Of a DNA stretch of 64,000 nt, positions 45,510 through 55,116 are shown piece after piece. The notes beneath the pieces were generated by a model. That model saw nothing but the letters and a program-made list of their open reading frames with translations. It was not told the origin of the DNA and did no database searches. Both the position numbers and the translations under genes were made by a program. Origin of the DNA: Thermoplasmata archaeon. GTDB taxonomy: Archaea; Thermoplasmatota; Thermoplasmata; Lutacidiplasmatales; UBA184. The DNA lies in assembly GCA_049584655.1 (NCBI GenBank), contig JBAUYF010000007.1:27288-91287 (forward strand), read 5' to 3'. Each line of letters begins with the position of its first letter. Within the stretch, counting starts at the first letter, position 1.

Positions 45510-46763
45510 CTACCCAGTCGAACCGGAAGTCGGTGGGGGTTTCTTGCGGGGGTCCTGGCTTCCGGGCGCCGGAGAACTTACGATTGGGTTGCGGGTGACG
45601 CCCACCGTTCCTTCCGGCGGGGGCGCGAACTCATCCGGGTTGGGAAGCTGAGGCCCGGGAGATGCCGCTTTGGCCCCGCGTCCGGCCGTTCCGTAGGGGG
45701 ATACGATCGAGGCGGACTCGGCCGACTCGGCTTTGATCTCGTCCTCGATGCTCTTGATCTCGGTGAGCAGTTCCTCTTGCTGCGGGATCGGGCCAAGAAC
45801 GTTGTCCATCGAACCGATCTGCCTCTCCAGGTCCTCGAGGGAGTTCAGCGGCCGATCCGGTACCGTGCGCGAGGTTCCCAGGTACTCGGAGGCGCCTTCC
45901 ATCAAGCGTGAAAACTCGAAGGGGAAGAGAATCTTCGTGGCCTGTCCGTTCCCTACGGCGGTAACGGTGTCCAGCGAAAGCACTGTCAAGGCCTTGGCGT
46001 CCAACGTGCTCGCGCCGAGTGCGAGGATTCGGAGGCGCTGGGCTTCTCCTTGCGCCTGAAGGATCGTGGCAACCCGAGCCCCCTCGGCTTCCAGGATCTG
46101 AGACTGTCGAACTCCTTCGGCTTGCAGGATTCGGGACCGCTTCTGCCCTTCGGACACGAGAATCGCGCTTCGCTTCTCTCCGTCCGCTCGGAGCACGGCG
46201 GCGCGACGTTGACGTTCGGCGGAGGTTTGCTCCTCCATCGCCGTCTTGACCGGTCCAACGGGATCCACTTCCTTGATCTCGACCGCTTCGACGCGAACGC
46301 CCCAGCGGTCCGTGGCTTCATCCAGAATATCGCGGAGTCGGGTGTTGATCCTCTCGCGGTTGTACAGAATCTCGTCCAGTTCCATATCGCCGATGATCGA
46401 CCGCAGCGTCGTTTGGGCGAGGGCTACCGTGGCGACGTGGAAGTCCTGGACCTGGAAGATCGCTTTCGGTGCATCGACGACTTTGATGTAAATGATCGCG
46501 TCGACATTCGTGGGAGAGTTGTCCTTGGTGATGACCTCTTGGCGAGGAACTTCCAGCACCTGCGTACGTAGATCGATCTTGAGTACGACCGACAGCGGAC
46601 TGACGATATTGAACCCCGGGTTGATCATCCGCTTGTACGACCCCAAGAGGGTGACAATCCCCTGCTGGTAGGGGTTGATCGTGTAAATCATCCGGCTCAG
46701 GAGCACGAGGATGACAATCACCACGACGATCGCGATGAAGATGATAGTCGTGTAATCGGCCAC
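45510..46763 (-). CDS. SPFH/Band 7 (stomatin-like) protein
   Basis: N-terminal TM, SPFH core (TKDNSPTNVDAIIYIKV, WGVRVEAVEIKEV), a coiled-coil AEGxxQ repeat region and a long disordered tail. Confidence 0.85.
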   Translation of the reverse strand: MADYTTIIFIAIVVVIVILVLLSRMIYTINPYQQGIVTLLGSYKRMINPGFNIVSPLSVVLKIDLRTQVLEVPRQEVITKDNSPTNVDAIIYIKVVDAPKAIFQVQDFHVATVALAQTTLRSIIGDMELDEILYNRERINTRLRDILDEATDRWGVRVEAVEIKEVDPVGPVKTAMEEQTSAERQRRAAVLRADGEKRSAILVSEGQKRSRILQAEGVRQSQILEAEGARVATILQAQGEAQRLRILALGASTLDAKALTVLSLDTVTAVGNGQATKILFPFEFSRLMEGASEYLGTSRTVPDRPLNSLEDLERQIGSMDNVLGPIPQQEELLTEIKSIEDEIKAESAESASIVSPYGTAGRGAKAASPGPQLPNPDEFAPPPEGTVGVTRNPIVSSPAPGSQDPRKKPPPTSGSTG

Positions 46764-46840
46764 GTCCGCCTCGTCCTAAGTTAGGTTCCCTGGAAGACCG
46801 AAAGGGGTGTAACCTTTCCCCCTGTGCGCACCCATTGAAA

Positions 46841-47311
46841 TCATGGGGGAGTCGGAGGAGCCTCGATCGGGGTTACCGTCAGGGAAACTCCTTCTCCCTT
46901 GACAACGCGCACATGGGTCCCCACCGGAATAGGAAAGTTCGCCCGCGCAGACCAGATTTCCGAGTTGACCCGTACTTTTCCGCGCAGCGTATCTGGGACG
47001 ATCGGGACAATCACGATGGCCTCCTGGCCGGCCAATCCTGCGGAAGTCGTGCTGATCGGCCAGTGGGTGGGGGCAACGTAGCGGTAGTACGGGATCTCGC
47101 AGAGCGCGGCCACTAAGGCGGCCACGATGACCACGACTGGCCCGCCATAGCTATCTAACAAAAAGCTCGGCACGAAAATGTAGAGAAGACCGGCAGCCAG
47201 GAGCACAGAAGCAGGGATGAACAGAAGCGCGCCCGGATGCACCAGTTCAAACAAGAAGAGGGCGGCCCCGGCAGCGACCAACGCGATCCCGATGGTTTCG
47301 TAGATTGCCAT
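46841..47311 (-). CDS. NfeD family membrane protein (stomatin operon partner)
   Basis: Three N-terminal TM helices plus a C-terminal OB-fold (GKVRVNSEIWSARA...VRVVKGEGVSLTV). Immediately upstream of the stomatin gene. Confidence 0.8.
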   Translation of the reverse strand: MAIYETIGIALVAAGAALFLFELVHPGALLFIPASVLLAAGLLYIFVPSFLLDSYGGPVVVIVAALVAALCEIPYYRYVAPTHWPISTTSAGLAGQEAIVIVPIVPDTLRGKVRVNSEIWSARANFPIPVGTHVRVVKGEGVSLTVTPIEAPPTPP

Positions 47312-47411
47312 ATCGGTGCCCGGGGAGAGGGATGGTGTCCTTAAGGGCTTGACTCCGCGACCTTCCTATCTTCCGAACTCGACCCGATGGGTCGTCGCGC
47401 GCGAGGCGTTC

Positions 47412-48089
47412 TCAACGGATGTACGTGGAAGTGGTGGCCAGGTCGAAGTTGGTCACGACTTTGAGCCGGCGTCCATCGCCGCCCGCGGAGTACTGCAAGA
47501 AGGGGTACATGCGCCAGAGATCGCCTTCCGCCATTCGGGTGGCGGGATGATCGGCGCCAAAGGCGGAGCGGGTCACATGCGCGGTCACGCGTCGCACCCC
47601 GGCTTCGTCCAGATAACCAAGAGAGTGTAGATACTCATGGGCCAGAATCACATAGACGAACGAATTGAACTCGAGAGGCGAGGTGGCGTGCTCGCGCATC
47701 GCCTGGACCAATCCTTCATTCATCACGATCAAATTCCCCGTGATCTGCCAATACGCTCCGAGGCCCGGAGGCAGGTTCGACAGCCCAAGTCCGAGGCCTG
47801 GCCGCTCGCGCCCCAGTACGTGTTGGACGGCGGCCCGGACGACCTTGAACACGCCGTTGTAGTCCGCCTGCCCGTCCAATCCGTGAAGCATTCGAAATGG
47901 ACGCTCGGCGGCCGCTGGCGGAGGCGGGGCGACGGTCGAGGGTCGGTCCCGGCCCCGGGGACCCTCCGAAAGTGAAAACGGAATCCTCGTCATCATGTGT
48001 ACACCGGCATTCCCCCACTTATAGGGGACCTTACGGACAAGAAACCTAGGTACTCCATCGGTCGCTGGCTCGGTGCGGTCCGACATCAT
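47412..48089 (-). CDS. putative zinc metallopeptidase (HExxH motif)
   Basis: 225 aa. VILAHEYLHSLG contains HExxH in a helix-like context. No other family features recognised. Confidence 0.5.
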   Translation of the reverse strand: MMSDRTEPATDGVPRFLVRKVPYKWGNAGVHMMTRIPFSLSEGPRGRDRPSTVAPPPPAAAERPFRMLHGLDGQADYNGVFKVVRAAVQHVLGRERPGLGLGLSNLPPGLGAYWQITGNLIVMNEGLVQAMREHATSPLEFNSFVYVILAHEYLHSLGYLDEAGVRRVTAHVTRSAFGADHPATRMAEGDLWRMYPFLQYSAGGDGRRLKVVTNFDLATTSTYIR

Positions 48090-48138
48090 TCGGACGCCTC
48101 CGGCAACCTATTTGCTTGGGGACGGTCGGTCCGGTGCA

Positions 48139-48927
48139 ATGCCCCGGCCGGAAGAGATACTGTATCCGACTACGAAGGAGCGTTTTGAAGACCGGCGCAA
48201 TGAGGGAGAGCAGCGGCGACTTCGAGGCGAGTTCTTCGACCACTCGACCCTCCTCGCCGTCTCGCGGCTCGTAACACAAGGTCAGTTCGATGCGCTGGAC
48301 TATCCGATCGCTACGGGCAAGGAGGGGGGGGTCTTCCGCGCCACCAGCGGAGAGACGTTCCGGGCAGTGAAGGTGTATCGGATCGGGAACTCGATCTTTC
48401 GACGTTTGCCCCCGTATGCGATCGAAGAGCTCCGCAAGGAAGCCAGCGACCGCAATTTCGCCGGCTTAGTGTTCGCATGGACTCGGCGGGAGCACACCAT
48501 TTTGCGAAGACTATACGCGGCCGGAGTCCGGGTGCCTCAGCCGTATGGGTACCGTCGAAACGTCCTCGTGATGGATTTCATCGGGACCGAAGGAATCGCG
48601 GCGCCTCGGCTGAAGGAATCCGTGGTCTCGGATCCAGCCCAGCTGTATGAAGACCTCGTCACCCAGGTCCGCCGAATGGTCGTCGACGCACATCTCGTCC
48701 ATGGCGACCTGTCACCGTACAACATTCTTCTGGCGCAGGATCTTCCCGTCTTGATCGACGTGGCACAGTCCATCTCGAGCCTGCACCCGCAAGCGAAGAC
48801 CTTGCTGGCGCGCGACATTGCCAATTTCGCGAAGTACTTCCGACGGTTGGGCTTGAAGTCGGACGCGCGGGAGATGTTCCAGTCGGTGGGGGGAGATACG
48901 GTGTCCCTCCCGCGAGGTACGACCTGA
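48139..48927 (+). CDS. rio1: RIO1-type serine protein kinase
   Basis: IATGKEGGVFRA, AVKVYRI, LVMDFIG, VHGDLSPYNILL and LIDVAQS. Start placed at ATG 48139. Followed by the KH-domain gene, the typical archaeal arrangement. Confidence 0.85.
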   Translation: MPRPEEILYPTTKERFEDRRNEGEQRRLRGEFFDHSTLLAVSRLVTQGQFDALDYPIATGKEGGVFRATSGETFRAVKVYRIGNSIFRRLPPYAIEELRKEASDRNFAGLVFAWTRREHTILRRLYAAGVRVPQPYGYRRNVLVMDFIGTEGIAAPRLKESVVSDPAQLYEDLVTQVRRMVVDAHLVHGDLSPYNILLAQDLPVLIDVAQSISSLHPQAKTLLARDIANFAKYFRRLGLKSDAREMFQSVGGDTVSLPRGTT

Positions 48928-48929
48928 CG

Positions 48930-49499
48930 ATGCCCGTCCTCCATGTTCGGGTGCCGGAAGACCGGATCGCTGTTCTCATCGGGACCGGAGGGAAGACCAA
49001 GCAGGAGATTGCGGCCAAGACGCACACCGAACTGCAGATCGATCCCGAAGACGGCCAGGTACAGGTCTCCTCGCCCGATACGGATCCCATCGCCGCGCTC
49101 ACCGCGCGGGATATCGTCCTCGCGGTAGGCCGAGGATTCTCGCCGGAGCGGGCGATGCGGCTGTTGAAGGACGACACGTACCTGGGCGTGATCGATATCA
49201 AGCAGGTGACGGGCAAGCACGAAAAGGACGCGCTTCGCCGCATCCGCAGCCGTGTGATTGGAGTCCGGGGCCGTGCGCGCACCCGCATCGAAGAGCTTTC
49301 GGGCTGCTCGGTCAGCGTCTATGGTACCACTGTCGCCCTGATCGGCCAAGAGCGCCAGCTCGAACGAGGATCGCACGCAGTCGAACTGCTGATCCGGGGA
49401 AGCGAGCACTCTACCGTCTTCCACATGCTCGCGCGCAATCGCCGAGACGACGCGCTCGAGACGGCGACTCTACCGGCCGAACTGGACGACGTGGAGTGA
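48930..49499 (+). CDS. KH-domain RNA-binding protein (Dim2/Pno1-like)
   Basis: Two KH modules (IAVLIGTGGKTKQEI and VIGVRGRARTRIEELSG). Located 3 nt after the rio1 stop. Confidence 0.85.
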   Translation: MPVLHVRVPEDRIAVLIGTGGKTKQEIAAKTHTELQIDPEDGQVQVSSPDTDPIAALTARDIVLAVGRGFSPERAMRLLKDDTYLGVIDIKQVTGKHEKDALRRIRSRVIGVRGRARTRIEELSGCSVSVYGTTVALIGQERQLERGSHAVELLIRGSEHSTVFHMLARNRRDDALETATLPAELDDVE

Positions 49500-49503
49500 G
49501 TCC

Positions 49504-50778
49504 GTGGCCAAGACGGTCCCGCTTGACGCCCGGACTCTTCAGTGGGCTCGCCGGCTATTTGCTCGGTACTATCGCTCCGCCCCGATCTCTCCTCCAGCCC
49601 GGTTGGCGCGGCGGGAATTCGCCGCCTTTCCGTTCGCCGAACAGACGCTCATGCGTCGCCACGCATCCCTCCGTTCCGCGGAGGAGTTCCACGCCTTCCT
49701 CAGTCGGGAGAGCCCGCGTCACGTCTACTACTCGTCGGCGTACTACCGGCACCCGGCCGACCCCAAGATGGCGGACAAGGACTGGTTGGGTGCGGACCTC
49801 ATCTTCGACCTCGATTCGGACCACCTCCGCGGAGCCGGCGAACTGGATTACCCGGGCCAGCTACGTCTCGTGAAGGAGCGGCTGAAACAGCTGTTGGACG
49901 ACTTCCTTTTCGGCGATTTCGGAGTCGATCCCGCCCAAACCTCGCTCGTGTTCTCCGGGGGACGTGGATACCACGTCCACGTGCACGATCCGCCTTTTCA
50001 GAGCCTGACCAGCCCCGAGCGACGGGAGATCGTTGAGTACGTGCTAGGGATGGGGTACGACCCCCTTTCCGCCGTCGAAGAAGTACGCGAGGGGGACGGG
50101 GGAGTAGGAGATGCCGACGGGTCGGCGGTCTCAGAAGTATTGGCGAATGCCTCCGGCCGTCGCACGCGAGCGCGGTCGTTTAAACGGCTACCCGCCCCCG
50201 ACGCGCCGGGATGGAAGGGTCGAACGACGCGCGCCGTGATCCGCCTGCTCGAGCATTGGGATGCGATCGGAGCGGAAGGCGCGACACAGGAGTTGTTGCG
50301 TATGAACGTCGAGCCGGTGCGCGCTCGCCGATGGGCCAAGTGGTTGGTGACGGACGGGGGCGGTCGGAGGATCCGGGAAACTCGGTCGCTCGAAGTCTTC
50401 CCCAAGGAGGTTCCGAAAGACTTCCTGGATGTTGTGCTTCCGCAAGCCGCGATCGAGCTGCAGGGAGAAACCGATGCGCCGGTCACCACAGACATCCATC
50501 GCTTGATTCGGCTACCCGACTCGATTCACGGAGGAACCGGGTTCCGTGCCAAAGCGATCGAGCGTGCGTCCCTGGACGAATTCGATCCGTGGCGCGACGC
50601 CCTCTTTCCCGCCGCCAGGGAGGAGCGTTTCTCGGTACAGCTGACGGAATCGATCCGATATCCGTTTCAGCCGGATGCCATCGTCGGCCGCTCGGGCGAT
50701 ACCGTGGACGTCGTCACGCCGGCGGCGCTGTTTCTGGTGCTGCGGGGCGAAGCGGTGCTTCCGCCCGAACCGGCATGA
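49504..50778 (+). CDS. priS: DNA primase small (catalytic) subunit PriS
   Basis: YYSSAYY, catalytic DLIFDLDSDH, and FSGGRGYHVHV. Confidence 0.9.
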   Translation: MAKTVPLDARTLQWARRLFARYYRSAPISPPARLARREFAAFPFAEQTLMRRHASLRSAEEFHAFLSRESPRHVYYSSAYYRHPADPKMADKDWLGADLIFDLDSDHLRGAGELDYPGQLRLVKERLKQLLDDFLFGDFGVDPAQTSLVFSGGRGYHVHVHDPPFQSLTSPERREIVEYVLGMGYDPLSAVEEVREGDGGVGDADGSAVSEVLANASGRRTRARSFKRLPAPDAPGWKGRTTRAVIRLLEHWDAIGAEGATQELLRMNVEPVRARRWAKWLVTDGGGRRIRETRSLEVFPKEVPKDFLDVVLPQAAIELQGETDAPVTTDIHRLIRLPDSIHGGTGFRAKAIERASLDEFDPWRDALFPAAREERFSVQLTESIRYPFQPDAIVGRSGDTVDVVTPAALFLVLRGEAVLPPEPA

Positions 50779-51718
50779 CCAAGCGCCCGATCTTTTCGAT
50801 CGACGCTTCGATCTGATCGCCGGATTTGAGCTTCCGGCTCTCGTTACCAAATTCGTAGCCCGGAACGCCGCCAAGGCTGCCGAGCGAGATCACATCCCCC
50901 GGCTCGAGCGTGATGCCGCGCGTGATATGTTCGAGGATCTGCGGGATCCGGAAAATGTAGTCGGAGGTATCGCCCTGTTGCCGAATGACGCCGCCTACCT
51001 TGAGTTCCATTCGGAGCGGATACGGGTCGCCGACCTCTTCCTTCGGCACGATCCACGGACCGACCGCCATCGAGGCATCGAATCCTTTTCCCATGACCCA
51101 GTCGGGCGGCGAGTCGGGCGGATACTGAAGGTCCCGATATCCCATGTCCAGCGCGATCGTGTAGCCGGCAATGTAATCGAACGCCTGGGCGGCGGCGATG
51201 TGCTTGCCCTGCTTTCCGATCACGGCGGCGAGCTCGAGCTCCACGTCGGGAAAGGTCCCCGCGCTGTGGAGCACGAGAGGTTCGCTCGGGCCGACGAGGC
51301 TGTTGAAGAAGCGGGTGAAGAGGTACGGCTGCTTCGGCATGGGCGCGTGCTTCTCGGCGACGTGACTCTTGGAGTTCGAAGCGAGAAGGTAGATCTTGGA
51401 ACCGTTGATCACGGGTGCCAGGAGGCGTATCCCTTCCTCGGCCTTGAATAAGTAGCGCGCCCCCGTCGCGGCGCGAGGGGTCCAGCCCATCTTGCGACGG
51501 CGGTCGATGTACTCTTGGATCTTGCGAGTGATCTCGACGGATTCGGCTCCCCCGGAAAAGAAGACCCGCATGTCGCGGAATCGACTCGGGTCCGCGCCCT
51601 TGATGGGATTTACTCCGAAATAGTCGCGGCAGGCCGTATCCAGATCGATGAATTCGTTCGCGTCGGTGATCATTCCGAAGTGGAATTGATCGCCGAGCAG
51701 GAAGTGAACGAGCTTCAC
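50714..51718 (-). CDS. fumarylacetoacetate hydrolase (FAH) family protein
   Basis: C-terminal FAH domain (ELELAAVIGK, GYTIALDMGYRD, GDVISLGSLGG). 3' end converges on and overlaps priS by 65 nt. Confidence 0.85.
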   Translation of the reverse strand: MKLVHFLLGDQFHFGMITDANEFIDLDTACRDYFGVNPIKGADPSRFRDMRVFFSGGAESVEITRKIQEYIDRRRKMGWTPRAATGARYLFKAEEGIRLLAPVINGSKIYLLASNSKSHVAEKHAPMPKQPYLFTRFFNSLVGPSEPLVLHSAGTFPDVELELAAVIGKQGKHIAAAQAFDYIAGYTIALDMGYRDLQYPPDSPPDWVMGKGFDASMAVGPWIVPKEEVGDPYPLRMELKVGGVIRQQGDTSDYIFRIPQILEHITRGITLEPGDVISLGSLGGVPGYEFGNESRKLKSGDQIEASIEKIGRLVMPVRAEAPLRPAAPETAPPA

Positions 51719-51751
51719 GCGTCGCTACCCGGAGGTCCGGGAGCGTGAGGG

Positions 51752-52471
51752 TTAGATAACGGTGGGGGGGGCGGAATTCGTCCCCGGCCCCGAAGGCTCT
51801 CGTCGAGGGGCGTAGGATAGCAGGTGACCGTCCCCTAACCGTTCGAGAGCTAAGAGAGTGAGCGCAACGGTCTTCTCCGGATCCGGGCATTCGGGGCCCG
51901 TCATCAGGGGCGGAGCCGATGAGCCCCCGATGAGGATCGGGGCTACGTAGACAGTGAATCGGTCGAACGAACCGCTGCGCAGAACGCTCGCGAGCACGCG
52001 CGACCCGCCCTCGACCATCAGGCGTCGGACTCCGCGGGCATGGAGAAGGCTCCAGAGCCGCGGGATCTCCACGGTGTCTCGCCCCGCCACCACGGTTTCT
52101 ATCCCTGCGGGGAATTTCCGGGTAGAGCGCTCGCTCACCGCCACGAGTGTGGGAAGCGCGCCGTCGAGAACGCGAGCTTTCTCCGGCACTCGGCCCCGAG
52201 AGTCCAAGACGATGCGCAGCGGCGGTGGGTGGGGTGGCTCATTGACCAGTTCCCAGTGGACCCGCAAGGAGGGATCATCGAGAATAACCGTCCCCACGCC
52301 GACGACGATCCCGTCCGATTCGGCTCGAAGTCGCTGGACTCGCGCAAGATCCTCCGGTCCAGACAAATAGGCGCGTCGACCGTTCGCGTACGCTAAGCGT
52401 CCATCGGCCGAAACGGCACAATTGACCCATACCGCCGGCCGAGCCTCCGCCGCCGACTGCGACGATTCCAT
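51752..52471 (-). CDS. 2,5-diamino-6-ribosylamino-4(3H)-pyrimidinone 5'-phosphate reductase (RibD C-terminal domain family)
   Basis: Start at ATG 52471. NCAVSADGRLA, VGVGTVILDDPSLRV and MVEGGSRVLASVL match DHFR-like RibD_C reductases. Confidence 0.8.
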   Translation of the reverse strand: MESSQSAAEARPAVWVNCAVSADGRLAYANGRRAYLSGPEDLARVQRLRAESDGIVVGVGTVILDDPSLRVHWELVNEPPHPPPLRIVLDSRGRVPEKARVLDGALPTLVAVSERSTRKFPAGIETVVAGRDTVEIPRLWSLLHARGVRRLMVEGGSRVLASVLRSGSFDRFTVYVAPILIGGSSAPPLMTGPECPDPEKTVALTLLALERLGDGHLLSYAPRREPSGPGTNSAPPTVI

Positions 52472-52479
52472 GATGGAAG

Positions 52480-53967
52480 TCACGGTCCCGCAGCGCGCAG
52501 GCGAACGATCTCTGCTTCGACATCGCCGACCGGTTCGTGGGCCGCTCGGAGGTCTTCGAGATTTATTCCCACATTGGCCAGCGCGCCCTCGCTGGTGGCC
52601 CGAAGTAGTGCGAGGGACGTCACGAGGTCGCTTTCCAATGCCGCCTTTACTCGACTCCGCATATTCCCGAGGGTATCGCTGAGGTGACGTGCGAGCCGAG
52701 CCGTCTCGAGCGGAACTTCCGCTGCCTTGCGAAGGCTTACCACCCAAACCTTCTGGACCACGGAGTCGTGCGGGCGTTCTTTGAGGTCCCGTCGCGCCGA
52801 ACGCACGGATTCGTACGCCGCCGAATCTTCCCCGACGAGCTCCAAGAAACGAGCACGGGCGGCTCGGGCGGAGCTCAAGGCCGGTTCGAGCACTGGGTCT
52901 TCTCCGCCTTTGGGGATCGAGTAGGCTAGCGCCATCTCTCCGAGAGCGGCCCCCATCGCCCCGGCCGCCGCCGCCGCACTCCCTCCGCCCGGAGTAGGAG
53001 TACGGGCGGCGATCCGCTCGACGAACTCTCGGAACGGTTCGGCGGCCATGCCGCTGGTTCCGGACGTTCCAACCGAGCGGACTTTCCGTTCTAAAACTGC
53101 GGATCGGTCGAACCGATTGAGCTGGAGATAGTACTCCGCTGCGTCGAACAGAGCGTCTTCGGGGATGAGGCCCACGACTTCGGACTCCTCGATCGTCACG
53201 CCGAAACGTGCGGCTTCTCGTCGCACGAACTCGAGTGCCCGGGGGACGGACGTCCGACGGTAGTCGGTCAGATTCATCGAGACTTGGGCTCGTTGACGTT
53301 CCTTGATCTCGAAGCCGAGTGCTTTGACCTCCACCAACCCGCCGTCACGGGCGCGAATGGCCTTCGCAATCTTCTTGGCGATCGCCACGTCCGGGGTCGA
53401 CAGATAGGCGTTGTAGGCGATCAGTACAGGTCGCGCGCCGATAGCTACCGCACCGGCAGTCGGGTGGATTCGAGGTTCTCCGAAGTCCGGTGTGCGTGCC
53501 GGATCGGATGCGATCGCGTCCCGGATTCCCTCGAATTGACCTTCGCGCACGCGTGCGAGGTCGGCGCGCTCCGGTCGCTGGGCGGCCAATCCGTAGAGGT
53601 AGACCGGTATCTTGAGCTCTCGAGCGACCCGCTCGCTCAATTGGCGCGCGAGCCCCACCGCATCTTCCATCGAGGACTCCCCTAGTGGCACAAAGGGGAC
53701 GACATCCGTTGCGCCCATCCGGGGATGCTCTCCGTGGTGATGCGTAAGATCGATCAGTTCGGTCGCGACGCGCATCATTCGAATGACTGCCTCGACGAGA
53801 TCGTTGCCCTCGCCGGCGAGCGAAATGACGCATCGGTGATGGTCGGCGTTGCTCTCGATGTCGAGGACTGTGACGTGCGGAACCGCGCGGGCGGCATCTG
53901 CGATCCGAGTGATGATCGCGGCATCGCGTCCCTCGGAAAAGTTGGGGACGCACTCGAACATGGTCAT
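52480..53967 (-). CDS. glutamate formimidoyltransferase / formimidoyltetrahydrofolate cyclodeaminase (bifunctional FTCD-like)
   Basis: N-domain FECVPNFSEGRD...HHRCVISLAG. C-terminal cyclodeaminase domain TPTPGGGSAAAAAGAMGAALGEMA. Confidence 0.85.
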   Translation of the reverse strand: MTMFECVPNFSEGRDAAIITRIADAARAVPHVTVLDIESNADHHRCVISLAGEGNDLVEAVIRMMRVATELIDLTHHHGEHPRMGATDVVPFVPLGESSMEDAVGLARQLSERVARELKIPVYLYGLAAQRPERADLARVREGQFEGIRDAIASDPARTPDFGEPRIHPTAGAVAIGARPVLIAYNAYLSTPDVAIAKKIAKAIRARDGGLVEVKALGFEIKERQRAQVSMNLTDYRRTSVPRALEFVRREAARFGVTIEESEVVGLIPEDALFDAAEYYLQLNRFDRSAVLERKVRSVGTSGTSGMAAEPFREFVERIAARTPTPGGGSAAAAAGAMGAALGEMALAYSIPKGGEDPVLEPALSSARAARARFLELVGEDSAAYESVRSARRDLKERPHDSVVQKVWVVSLRKAAEVPLETARLARHLSDTLGNMRSRVKAALESDLVTSLALLRATSEGALANVGINLEDLRAAHEPVGDVEAEIVRLRAAGP

Positions 53968-54998
53968 GGATCCGGCCCGCCGTACGTTTCAAGCAGCGTT
54001 TGACGCGCGCGCGCGTCCGCCGGCGAACTCGTCACCACCGGCCGTTTCCGAGCTCGTGCCACGGCCGCCTTGACACGATCCGGAGAAAATCCGTGTCCCT
54101 CCACGAGAATCCGCTCTACCGCGGCCTCGTCCACCGGTCCAAAATAAGGCGCGGCGGTTGCCTCCACTGCGGGATGGCGGAACAGTTCCGCAACGGGCTC
54201 CACCTCTTTGGGATCGAGGCCGGCCTTCATCAGCGTTGCCTCCCAGCCCAGATGTTCTTGCACCAACTTCAGCGCCCGTTTCGGCCCTATCCCTTTGGCT
54301 CCGTCGTTGAAATCCGTTCCCACGAGAATCCCGATCAGAATTAGCTCATCTCCGCTCACTCCAAGCTGACTCAGCAAGTCGTCCCGGTTCACGAGCTGGG
54401 CGCCCGGGCTCTGACCGGCCCGCCCCCGCGCAGCGAGGCCCCGCACGAGCCGAGGAGCGCCAAAGAGGAGCGAATCATAATCTTCGGAGGCGGCTGCCCA
54501 AACGGATCCGCGCGCTGCCATTGTCGCCGCCTGGGCTTCGCCTTCCGACGGCGCTTGCACGGAAGGTACTCCCAACGCAGTCAGCAACTCCCGAACTTCC
54601 TCGACCATGGATCGCGTGAGCCGGGAAGTCTGCGCGGCCTTCTTGCGCGCAGTTTCGAGATCCCCGGCGGCGAGTGCTTCACTCCACTGCGCCTCGGCGC
54701 GCTCTTTGGCGAGTATCCTCGACCGGATCGTTCCGGCCTTAAGATCCGGCGGGCGACCGTCGAAGACCCATACCGGAAGGACGCCTTGGCTCAGGAGCGA
54801 TGAGGTGCGATAGAAAACCCCAATCAGATGGCTGGTGGGGTGGCCCTCCGGATCCGTGAACGGCATCCCATCGCGCTGGCGAATCGTCGCGAGGAATTGG
54901 TAAATGGCGTTGTAGCCGTCGACAGCCAAGGAGCGCCCGGAGAGGGCGTCCCAAGGAAGCTCCTGCGGGCTGACCAACTCCCGAAACGGAAGGCCCAC
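53964..54998 (-). CDS. fen: flap endonuclease 1
   Basis: GTG start at 54998 (VGLPFRELV...). LAVDGYNAIYQF, THLIGVFYR, VFDG, SEGEAQAA and GTDFN are XPG-N/I motifs. 344 aa. The upstream part of ORF 53964..55175 is rejected. Confidence 0.9.
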   Translation of the reverse strand: MGLPFRELVSPQELPWDALSGRSLAVDGYNAIYQFLATIRQRDGMPFTDPEGHPTSHLIGVFYRTSSLLSQGVLPVWVFDGRPPDLKAGTIRSRILAKERAEAQWSEALAAGDLETARKKAAQTSRLTRSMVEEVRELLTALGVPSVQAPSEGEAQAATMAARGSVWAAASEDYDSLLFGAPRLVRGLAARGRAGQSPGAQLVNRDDLLSQLGVSGDELILIGILVGTDFNDGAKGIGPKRALKLVQEHLGWEATLMKAGLDPKEVEPVAELFRHPAVEATAAPYFGPVDEAAVERILVEGHGFSPDRVKAAVARARKRPVVTSSPADARARQTLLETYGGPDP

Positions 54999-55116
54999 GA
55001 TCGAAGCGAAGCGGCGCGGAGTACTTGTGGTTGCCGTCGGAAAGTTTTGGTGGCGGTGCTGGAACGTGCGCGAAGGGTGAAGTACCGGAGGCCGTACTGC
55101 CGGCGCGAGGAAGGCG

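Noticed and set aside
50714-50778. 65-nt convergent overlap of the priS and FAH-hydrolase 3' ends, considered as a possible regulatory antisense arrangement or mis-assembly.
   Set aside because: Both C-terminal tails beyond the conserved domains look like GC-rich run-on sequence. Convergent tail overlap is common in compact GC-rich archaeal genomes, and nothing else marks the site.
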